DNA of 64,000 nucleotides, taken from Phycisphaerae bacterium (GTDB taxonomy: Bacteria > Planctomycetota > Phycisphaerae > UBA1845). Location of the stretch: positions 192,001 to 256,000 of the forward strand of contig CAXXGO010000005.1 in NCBI GenBank assembly GCA_963666835.2, in the 5' to 3' direction. The position numbers and the translations under genes were made by a program. Positions within the stretch are counted from its first letter, which is position 1. Each line of letters starts with the position of its first letter. This document shows, piece by piece, positions 51,231 through 60,400 of this stretch. The notes beneath the pieces were generated by a model. That model was not told the DNA's origin, ran no database searches, and was given only the letters and a program-made list of their open reading frames with translations.

Positions 51231-53342
51231 TTACGGACGATCTTGTGCGTTGACCCGCCCGGTAAACCGGAGCTTCGCGGCCGTGATAAGAAGCAACACG
51301 AGCACGACGAGCCCCCACTTCGACGTTGTCGGAATCTCGACCGCGCAAAGCGGGCCATAAGCGGCGTCGTCGACGCCGGGGCACAGATCCACGCAGTCGG
51401 CCACGCCGTCGCCGTCGCTGTCCGTCTCGGGTTGGCCGCAGCCGCACTGACCGGCCGTGATCTTGTTCGGATCGATCGGGCACTCATCGTCCGAGTCGCA
51501 GGCTCCGTCGTCGTCGCTGTCGTCGAAGCGGTCGAGCGGGCAGGGGTCGCAATCGTCGACCACGCCGTCGTTGTCCGTATCGGGGTCGCACTCGTCTGGT
51601 ACACCGTTGGGGCCGCAATCCACACTGGCCCCGTCGCGAATGTCGCACTCGTCGGCCACTCCGTTTGCGTTGCAGTCGGGCTCGCAGTCGTCGGGTACTC
51701 CGTTGTCGTTGCAGTCTAGGCACATGAGGTACTGCACGGAGACCGTGATGAAGGACGGCGGTGAGCACTCGCTCGAATTGACGGCGGTTGTCGGGACCAT
51801 GTTGATAACCGCGTCGGCGCCGGTCAAAGCCGCGTTGAACATGGCCGCGGGCACGACGAGCTGCGCGGTATTGGGGACGGCGGGACAGTCAAAGGCGCCG
51901 GTCGTGAAGATGGACCCTACCGAGACCCCGTTAACGTCGACGTCGATCCACTCGCTGATGTTGTTGTTCAGGTCCGCTGATGCAGAGAATGACAGAGTGA
52001 CGTCGCTGACCGCTGCGGGAGCGGCAACGATCGTAAACGACTGGGGCGTATCGCCGCCGATCGGGGAGAGTTCTGTTGAACTCAGGTTGAGGCCCAGCAG
52101 ATCGCACTCGTCCGGGCGGGAGTTGTTGTTGCAGTCTTCGCTGGTCCCGCCGGCGATGTCGCAAATGTCCTGCACGCCGTTACCGTTGCAGTCTTCGTTC
52201 GGCTCGCATTCGTCGGGCACGCCGCTGTTATCGCAGTCCGGCTCGCACTCGTCGGGGATCTCATTGCTGTTGCAGTCAGGGCTATACCCGTAGGCGACAT
52301 CGCAGATGTCCTGCCGGCCGTTGCTGTTGCAGTCGTCCTGCGGGTCACATTCGTCCGGCACGTTGTTGTCGTTGCAGTCGAAACTGGTTCCGCCGGCGAT
52401 GTCTTCGAGGTCCCAAATGCCGTTGTCGTTGCAGTCTTGGGGGTAGTTCACATATGCGGCCGCGGAGCCGACGCGCGAGCAGCCGTACTCGATCAACATG
52501 TAGCCGTCTTCACCCCACCAAGGGCCCCAGGAATTACGCAAAATCCACACCCCTTCGGTTCCCTGCGTGTCATCCCACCCGACCAGTACGACCATATGGT
52601 TTGTCTCGTGGGCTTCGCACGCGTTGAATACCCCGCCGCCGTAGGCCGAGAAAGGCCCGTTCACGTACACTCCAACGGTTACCGGACCGTGGTCCAGAAT
52701 CGCTTGTTTGAGCTGGTTGGTGCTCGGCATGTCGCCTTGCGAGGCGACGTACGCCCAGGACTCAATCCAATAAGGGCGCGAGTAGGGGCAATCGCACGCC
52801 GCGTGGTTGGCTTCGTAGGGAAACTCCGTCTCCAGGACGGCGCCGTGGTCGCTACATTGATCGGGTGAGCCGTCACGCATAAGATATCCGAATGCCAGCG
52901 AGTGCCAGCCGCCGTCACAGTCTCCGGCCGCCGTGCAACTGATCAGCCACTGCTCGGCCAGATCCTCGCTGACCCCCTCGTTACGCAATATTGCGCTCTC
53001 GACGGCCCCGATAGCGCCGAATGCCCAACAACTACCGCAGCCGCCCTGGTTGCGCACCGGAGTGCAGGCGTTGTAGTCACGCCAATCGAAAGCCTCGGGA
53101 AGATCTCGCTGCGGGGTACAGGGGTCGGCAATGCCTTCGGATCGCCAATCCGCCGGCTCGACCGCGCCGCACAGCTCACTGATTGGCCGAGTCGCCGCTT
53201 CCGTGAGTTCAACGGAGAACGTCCATCCTTCGGCCTCGCCCTGAGCCCGAAGCGCGGCGATGTCTTCAGCGGAAAGCTGTCCGAGCGCCGACCCGCAGGC
53301 CAGGGTCAGCACGATTAGAGTGGTTACGGTGTTGAACTTCAT
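51231..53342 (-). CDS. Secreted papain-like C1 cysteine peptidase with Cys/Asp repeats and IPTL-CTERM-like sorting signal
   Basis: FDWR, QGGCGSCWAF, NHMVVLVGW and RNSWG; DCNxNGxPD and TSP3-like repeats; IPTTSKWG plus TM helix and basic tail. Confidence 0.93.
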   Translation of the reverse strand: MKFNTVTTLIVLTLACGSALGQLSAEDIAALRAQGEAEGWTFSVELTEAATRPISELCGAVEPADWRSEGIADPCTPQRDLPEAFDWRDYNACTPVRNQGGCGSCWAFGAIGAVESAILRNEGVSEDLAEQWLISCTAAGDCDGGWHSLAFGYLMRDGSPDQCSDHGAVLETEFPYEANHAACDCPYSRPYWIESWAYVASQGDMPSTNQLKQAILDHGPVTVGVYVNGPFSAYGGGVFNACEAHETNHMVVLVGWDDTQGTEGVWILRNSWGPWWGEDGYMLIEYGCSRVGSAAAYVNYPQDCNDNGIWDLEDIAGGTSFDCNDNNVPDECDPQDDCNSNGRQDICDVAYGYSPDCNSNEIPDECEPDCDNSGVPDECEPNEDCNGNGVQDICDIAGGTSEDCNNNSRPDECDLLGLNLSSTELSPIGGDTPQSFTIVAAPAAVSDVTLSFSASADLNNNISEWIDVDVNGVSVGSIFTTGAFDCPAVPNTAQLVVPAAMFNAALTGADAVINMVPTTAVNSSECSPPSFITVSVQYLMCLDCNDNGVPDDCEPDCNANGVADECDIRDGASVDCGPNGVPDECDPDTDNDGVVDDCDPCPLDRFDDSDDDGACDSDDECPIDPNKITAGQCGCGQPETDSDGDGVADCVDLCPGVDDAAYGPLCAVEIPTTSKWGLVVLVLLLITAAKLRFTGRVNAQDRP

Positions 53343-53517
53343 TTCCCTTCCTCCTGTCGGCCGCGAGCGACCTTGGAATTCCGCCGAGGCTGGCGCTACT
53401 TCCGATAGGCTGACTATGATAACATCTCCTCGTGGGCTTCTCAACGGTCCGTTATCATGTTGGATTGCGCGTTCTGAGGGCCGGCAATAGGCCCGAGCCG
53501 GTTGATTGGAGGTGGAA

Positions 53518-54033
53518 ATGTCATCGTCACAGACTTCGACAACTCGTCGTCGCAAAAGTGTGTCCAGCTTTGCGGACTCTGTTCGTTACGCACACGAGGC
53601 GGGGCAGCCACGGAGTGTCTCGAGAATCCGGAACCGGTTTGCCTTCTTTGGTATCGCGTTGCTGCTCGTAGCTGTGGGAGGGCCGTGGGCGTATTTCTAC
53701 TGGTTTACGTCCTGGTCCGTCTCTTCCTTCTTTGTATGCCTCGCTTGTACCGTCGTAGCGACGTGGGCTCTCCCTGCGGGAGTGAGGGTTTGCCAAGCGT
53801 ATGTTGAGTCCAGGATGAGGAGAGACGTATCCGGCAAGGACAACGCCGCGTGTTTCGAGTGCGGCTACTGGCTTACCGAGCCGAGCGGGCGGTGTTCCGA
53901 GTGCGGTTGGCCGTACGAGAGCCTTGACGACGTCGTGGAGTTCTGGAAGCACTGGCAGCCGTGTTCTTACTTCGGAGGCAAAGGGAAACGCAAGAGCACC
54001 GTCGCTGCCAATTCGAACGACTCGCCGTCGTAG
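53518..54033 (+). CDS. Hypothetical two-TM protein with zinc-ribbon motif
   Basis: Two hydrophobic helices then CFECGY..RCSECG. Confidence 0.7.
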   Translation: MSSSQTSTTRRRKSVSSFADSVRYAHEAGQPRSVSRIRNRFAFFGIALLLVAVGGPWAYFYWFTSWSVSSFFVCLACTVVATWALPAGVRVCQAYVESRMRRDVSGKDNAACFECGYWLTEPSGRCSECGWPYESLDDVVEFWKHWQPCSYFGGKGKRKSTVAANSNDSPS

Positions 54034-54066
54034 GAATCCGCTGAAGAACGCAGGATCTGCCGCAAC

Positions 54067-55200
54067 TGTGTAGCGTCGCCCGTCGTGGGTGGTGATGGAG
54101 GCTGCCTATACTGCGCGACGGGCGGCGCTACATTATTTTAACAGACCCGGCCGGGTTGCCCGGGTCTTCTTGAGTAAGCAGGGTCCGCTGTGCGGACCAG
54201 TTCGCTTCGCCAGCCGAACGCTGTTGTTCAACCCGCTTCGGGGTTGGGACAGTAGGGAGCCCCGTGCCCCAGGGTGGCACTTCGCGGCTACGCCGCTTCG
54301 TTTACCCTGGGCTTTGCTGTTGGACGCCTTCGGCGTGCGTTCAATCTTGTAGGGCACGGTCGAGGTACGAGACCTGCCACCAAGACGCGCGTCGCGCAGA
54401 GGTCGCGGCAGGTCTCGTGCCTCGACCATGCCCTACGGGGGATGCCGGCTGGGTGGCCAACTTGTTGGCCGTGGGGCTCGGCATGCCGGGGGCATTGGGC
54501 GGGTCGCTCACGCTCCCCGTACTGATTACGCTGCCCTACGATGGTTGCGACTCGCTCGTGACGGATGGCGCCGGCCAAGCGGTGACGCAAGAGAGGTCGC
54601 GGCAGGTCTCGTTCCTCGACCATGCCCTACAGACCTGCCACCAAGGCGCGCATCGCGCAAAGGTCGCGGCAGGTCTCGTACCTCGACCGTGTCGTAAGTG
54701 AAGCCCCTTGGGGCGACAGGTCCTATAGCCCCACGGCGTAAGCCTGGGGGATTGTGCGGTTGCTTCACGCCAAGCCCCCATGGGGGCGGCACAAGACATC
54801 GAGGTTTAGATCGGACACCGGTGATTCAACATCATAAGGGGAGCACGTTGGCGACCGCCGGGACGTCTTCGATCATCGAAGTGCCGCCCCTGGCGGGTTG
54901 GTCCCGCGAGACACGCTGGTGTCACATATTCGTGCGACTCGAGCCATTGCGGCCTTGATGGCAGGTCTCGTTCCTCGACCGTGCCCTACACCCGCTGCTC
55001 GAGAACGGTGCCACACCCGAGAGATTGGCCCGGATTGTTCAGCCGAGCGGATTAGAGTCCGTGAGTCAATGTGGCGCCAGGGCTTGTCCCTGGCGTGGAA
55101 GCGCGCTGGGTTTCCTGTAACGCCACCCACGAGGGGTGGTGCTACGGGAGATGCCACCCTTCGCGGCAGGTCTCGTGCCTCGACCATGCCCTACGGCTGC
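54067..55200. repeat. Large mosaic cluster of REP-like palindromes (BIME/REPIN-like)
   Basis: Family B at 54349, 54405, 54599, 54666, 54960 and 55163, interleaved with other hairpin families (GGTCCGCTGTGCGGACC, CCCAGGGT..ACCCTGGG, GGGTCGCTCACGCTC, AGCCCC..GGGGCG, CGCCAGGGCTTGTCCCTGGCG). Confidence 0.9.
54180..54630 (+). repeat. ~450-bp direct repeat, copy 1
   Basis: Colinear with 56844-57295; about 13 differences by eye. Confidence 0.93.
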
Positions 55201-55283
55201 AAGAAACGAGAGAGGGCGTAAGAGACCCAGGTCGCGGCATGCGCCCGGGGCTCCACGGCAACCGAAGAACAAACGGTTAAGAG

Positions 55284-56402
55284 CTAATGCGACTCCAACA
55301 CCAAACGGAACCCGTAGCGTTTAGTCAAATAACTGGGACCCACGCCGTGTCGGAAGGCCGACCGGCATGCGTTCGCGGAATCATTCCAGCTCCCGCCGCG
55401 AAGAGCTCGAGTCTCTCCACTTGCTGGGCCGCGCGGGTTGACGTAGGGGGAAACCTCATAATACGAGGCGTCGTACCAGTCATTGCACCAGTCCCAGACG
55501 TTCCCCCCCATGTCGCGCAGCCCGTAGCCATTCGCCGGAAAGAAGTCCACCGGATTAGTGTAAGCATACGGTTCTATATCGAAGTCGGGGTGAAAGGTGC
55601 CGAGACCCGCACCGCTGTCGTCGTAGGGATAGCAATCCCCGCACGCCACGTAGTTCGCGTGACTATGGTTGATCAGGTCGCCCCACGGGAAACGCTGTTC
55701 TTCTTCGCCGCCTCGGGCAGCCTTTTCCCATTCCGCCTCGGTCGGCAGCCGGTAACCGCTGCCCAAACTGCACTCCCACGTCGACGAATCGTAAGCCAAG
55801 GGCTTCCCCTCCATCCCACTGCGCCAGTTCGCATACGCCGCGGCACCGTACCACGTCACCAATACCATGGGGTGATCCTCCCTACCGGAAACCACGCCGA
55901 ACGTGCTGCCGTCCCAGGTAATCTGAATGTACGGATGATCCACGGCCGCGGCGCAGCAATGGTAGCTGGTCCCACTGCCTCCCGTGTAGACCTTTTGACC
56001 AATGACAGCGATGAGATTGCCTTGGTCCTTGGCCCAATTCAAAGCGTAGGCATATTGTTGATTGGTCACCTCGCACCTGTCCATGTAGAAGGCGTCGACG
56101 TACACCGAATGAACTGGCAGCTCCTCAGGTCTTGCTTCCTCAAACATGCTACCCATCTCGAACTCCCCGGCAGGGATAAGAGCCATGCCGACCGGGGGAG
56201 CGTCATAGGCCAATTGGAACCGGGCAAAGTCGGCGAGATCGACATCTGCGTCGCCGTCCATTTGGAACAGGGCGCAGCCCGGACCCAGGTCTCCGCCCGG
56301 CCCGGTCATGCACTCCGGAAACCCCGAAAACCGCAACTGGCCGAAAACGGAGCTGGCAAACAACAGGACCAACAACATCGAGATCATGGGGCCGTTGCGC
56401 AT
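55284..56402 (-). CDS. Secreted formylglycine-generating-enzyme (FGE-sulfatase/SUMF1) domain protein with N-terminal dockerin-like motif
   Basis: IPAGEFEMGS, EVTN, RLPTEAEWEKAARGG, NGYGLRDMGGNV, RGGSW..R..GFR; N-terminal DGDADVDLADFARFQ. Confidence 0.93.
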   Translation of the reverse strand: MRNGPMISMLLVLLFASSVFGQLRFSGFPECMTGPGGDLGPGCALFQMDGDADVDLADFARFQLAYDAPPVGMALIPAGEFEMGSMFEEARPEELPVHSVYVDAFYMDRCEVTNQQYAYALNWAKDQGNLIAVIGQKVYTGGSGTSYHCCAAAVDHPYIQITWDGSTFGVVSGREDHPMVLVTWYGAAAYANWRSGMEGKPLAYDSSTWECSLGSGYRLPTEAEWEKAARGGEEEQRFPWGDLINHSHANYVACGDCYPYDDSGAGLGTFHPDFDIEPYAYTNPVDFFPANGYGLRDMGGNVWDWCNDWYDASYYEVSPYVNPRGPASGETRALRGGSWNDSANACRSAFRHGVGPSYLTKRYGFRLVLESH

Positions 56403-56571
56403 GAGATCTGCTCCTTACTCCGGATTCAGTACATGACGGTTCTGTGTCCAGGTCCCGGGTGAGTACGGCGACCAGAAAAACCCGCGAGCGGCATAGCCTG
56501 CGCGGCGTGTCTCTTGCGTTCACAAGGGCGGATTCCAGGCATGCCGTGGTTCCCCGTATTCCACATCACTT

Positions 56572-56600
56572 ATGTTACCGGAACGAACGTAGAAAGTCAA
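56572..56600 (-). promoter_or_regulatory. Putative sigma70 promoter for the FGE-domain gene
   Basis: TTGACT-17 nt-TAACAT on the minus strand. Confidence 0.5.
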
Positions 56601-56843
56601 GGAATTCCATTGAGGACGCATCGCGTAACTGGGGTCCGCTGTGCGGATCGACTCTTGTAGGGCAGCGTCGAGGAACGAGACCTGCCGCGCTTGTCGACCG
56701 TCGATCATTGGATCAGTACCACGACCGTCAGGGAGTGGCCATCGTTCGGCGGCGCGTCGCAACGGATCGGCCAAGGGCGGGTCGCTCACGCTCGCCGTAC
56801 TGATGGCCGCGGCTCATCGGCTCCTTTTTCAGGCTGAAAGTCG

Positions 56844-57295
56844 AGGGTCCGCTGTGCGGACCAGTTTACTTCGCCAGCAGAACGCTGTTGTTCAACCCGC
56901 TTCGGGGTTGGGACAGTAGGGAGCCCCGTGCCCCAGGGTGGCACTTCGCGGCTACGCCGCTTCGTTTACCCTGGGCTTTGCTGTTGGACGCCTTCGGCGT
57001 GCGTTCGATCTTGTAGGGCACGGTCGAGGTACGAGACCTGCCACCAAGACGCGCGTCGCGCAGAGGTCGCGGCAGGTCTCGTGCCTCGACCATGCCCTAC
57101 GGGGGATGCCGGCTGGGTGGCCAACTTGTTGGCCCGTGGAGCTCGGCGCGCCGGGGGCATTGGGCGGGTCGCTCACGCTCCCCGTACTGATTACGCTGCC
57201 CTACAATGGTTGCGACTCGCTCGTGACGGATGGCGCCGGCCAAGCGGTGGCGTAAGATAGGTCGCGGCAGGTCTCGTGCCTCGACCATGCCCTAC
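56844..57295 (+). repeat. ~450-bp direct repeat, copy 2, followed by a partial internal re-duplication to ~57395
   Basis: Matches 54180-54630; 57296-57395 repeats 57101-57200. Confidence 0.93.
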
Positions 57296-57426
57296 GGGGG
57301 ATGCCGGCTGGGTGGCCAACTTGTTGGCCCGTGGAGATCGGCACGCCGCAGGCATAGGGCGGGTCGCTTACGCTTGCCGTACTGATTACGCTGACCTTCT
57401 TGTGGGGCAATCGGACAAGGCTGGTC

Positions 57427-60400
57427 TTACGGGAGCAATTCGCCCAGCCAGGGGTCAAGCTGTCCGGCGCCGTTGAGAAGGTCGATCTCGCGGAGAATGT
57501 CGGATGCGGTGGCCGTGCCGCTTCTGTTGAGGTCTGTCGACCAGAGGGGTAGATCCGTCGTACCGGTCACAGAATCGATGAGAGCTTGAAGGTCGCTCAT
57601 GTCGGTGGTGCCGTCTCCGTCAACGTCTCCCGGCAGATAGCCGAGTGCAATCCGACTGCCGTTACAGGTGTACGAGATGGTTGTTCGCGTGCCTGGATCC
57701 AGGGGCCGTCTGAGCACCACCTCCACGTGTTCGTCATCCGCAACGGTAACCGAACGGATCTGCGGGGTAGGACCGGATCCGCCGGTCGCCGCGACGGAAA
57801 AATCCGCCGCGGTCAAGCCCGTGGCACCGCCGTCGAAGACCAGATTAACAATCTGCCATCCGCAGGACGCTCCCCCGGCAGGGTCGAACGGCTGGCGGGC
57901 GTCGATGGCGCCGGTGGGCGGGTCGCTGCCGACGATGATGCGGGCGTACGGGTCACATTCGTCAGGTACTCGATTCCCGTTACAGTCGTTGCTGGTGGCG
58001 CCGGTAATGTCCAACCAATCAGGCACGGTGTTGTAGTTGCAGTCGGCGAATGCGCTAGCCTCGTAAGCACCGAGGTCGGCGGTTCCGAACAGGACTCGCG
58101 ATGCTCCGGCTAGATCGGTTTCGCCGTCCAGCGGCGAAAAAGCCGGATCGCCCGCATTGATGCACCGCGAGATTTCGGCTAGCCGGAAGTCACCATGGTC
58201 TGCGTCAGTAAAACCGGGGTCGATGGCCAGGTTTCCGGTTGTCTGTGAGAAAGCGCTGTGGATCAGACCGGCGCCGGCGGTACCTCGCTGGATGTCGCTG
58301 TACGTGATTGCCATCGCCGAGTTTGATCGCAAGTCGATCTCGGTGCCGGTGAGAGCGGTATTACTCCAGAGAATGCACATGCTGACTGCCGGCCGGCCGG
58401 CAGTGGCGTGAAGCGCGCCGCCGCAAAAAGACGCGGTGTTGCCGACGATCGTGCAATGACGAATAACCGGGTCGCTGTACGAGCTGGAGATTCCGCCTCC
58501 GGCAACACCCTGGTTACCGGTGATCAAACAGCCCACGATACGCGGACTGCTCCCGTTGCGGCAGGTGATTCCGGCGCTGTGGTTCCCCGTGATGATGCAA
58601 TTGCGGATGGTCGGCCCGCTGTTGTCACATTCGATCCCCCGGCTGTTCGTGATCGTGAACCCGTAGATCTGCGATTCGAGCCCTTCTCCGTTCTGGAAAA
58701 CGAACGCGGGTTGGCTACCGCCGCCGTCGATGATGCAGGCGGCCGGGCCGTTCGCGCTACGCACGGTCAAGTTCTTCCCTGCGAAGTCCAACGCGACGTT
58801 GCCGAACCTGGTATAGACTCCGTCGGCCACTTCAACGACGTCACCGGGCAGAGCGGCGTCGATGGCCTGCTGAATAGTCGTGAAGTCGGCGGGTACGTGC
58901 CGCACGGCCTGGCACTCGTCCGGCACGCCGTTGTCCTCGAGGTCGACGCTGGTAGCGCCGGCGATATCGCAACTGTCGGCTACGCCGTTTCCGTTGCAGT
59001 CCGATTCGCACTCGTCGGGCGTGCCATTGCCGGTGCAGTCGAGACTGGTGCCGGCCGCGATGTCGCATTTGTCGGGGACGCCGTTGTCGTTGCAGTCGGG
59101 TGCGATTCCGTCGGCGATTTCGCACTCATCGGCCAGGCCGTTACCGTCGCAATCCTCGCATTCATCGGGGATGCCGTTATCGTTGCAGTCCCGGCCGGCC
59201 GCGGCGGCAATATCGCAACTATCGGCGATGCCGTTGTGATTGCAGTCCGGTTCGCACTCGTCTGGAACGCCATTGTGCGTGCAATCCTCACTAGCGCCGC
59301 CCTTGGCCACGTCGCAGTCGTCGGGGATGTTGTTTCCATTGCAGTCCGGGCTTTGGCCCAAGCTCAAGTCGCAATCGTCGCGAATCCCGTTCTTGTTGCA
59401 GTCCGGACCGCCGGTGCAGCCGGATGGAAGAACGCTGATCGTGAGTGGATGAAGCTGCAACGACCCGATCGGCTCGGAGTTGTCATCGAGCAAGACGGTC
59501 TGTCCGTCGCTGCAATCGAACCCGACGACGAACGCCCCCGCGGCGCCCTGCGATACCTCGAGGATGAGCGTTCCGCCGTAGGACGGTGTTTCGGCCTCGA
59601 CTACCGACTGATGGATACCGATCGCGCTGTATTCGTAGTCTGGCCGGCCACGCAGGACCGTGGCGATGCTGGGTGAGTGGCGGAAGGGGTAGGCCGCTCT
59701 GTAGCGATCGATGTAAGCTCCGGCGGTCGCATGCGGAGTGGTAGACGGAGTCAATACGCCAATCGCCGCGCTTGTGAATCCGGCGGCATCTACGGTTGCA
59801 CGGTAGGATCTCAATGCGTCGGGCGTCCAGCCTTCGAGGTGAATTTCGCAGTTAACCGTATCGCCGGGTTCGACGATAACGCGGTCGACCGGTCCTTGGG
59901 GCAGGGCGGTTGAGTTCACCGCAGCGGCTCGAAGGGAAATCGCCGCACCGCAGCCGGGTATGGGGAGCCCCGCGCAGCCGCCGTTTGCACACTCATCATC
60001 GGCCGTGCATCGGTTGTCGTCGTCGCACGAGCCCGATCGTAACGCGTATTGACAGACGCCGTTTTCGCAGGTGTTCACCGTACACGAGTTTCCGTCGGCG
60101 CAATCGGAGTCCGTCAGGCATTCGACGCATTCATCAAGCTGTTCGTCACATCGCATCTCGATGCACGGGGCGGTCCCCTCTACGCACGTGCCGCCCGAGC
60201 AGGTCTCCTGCCCGTTGCAGAACAGGCCGTCGTCGCAGTTTAGGTCGGCGCAGGGGTCGCATTCGTCGGGAACGCCGTCGCCGTTTAAGTCTGCGCTGGT
60301 TCCGGCGTTAACGTCGCACTCGTCGGCGAATCCGTTACCGTTGCAGTCTTCACATTCATCGGGAATCCAATTCCCGTTACAGTCTCCGCTGTTACCTTCA

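Noticed and set aside
54349..55194. CRISPR array formed by the 32-bp family B repeats
   Set aside because: Mixed orientations, irregular spacing, repeated intervening sequence, dispersed copies and no cas genes.
54089..55280. Short ORFs in the repeat clusters (also 9695-9954, 49825-50519, 56444-57476)
   Set aside because: They are translations of palindromic repeats (recurring AAGLVPRPCPT / VEARDLPR).
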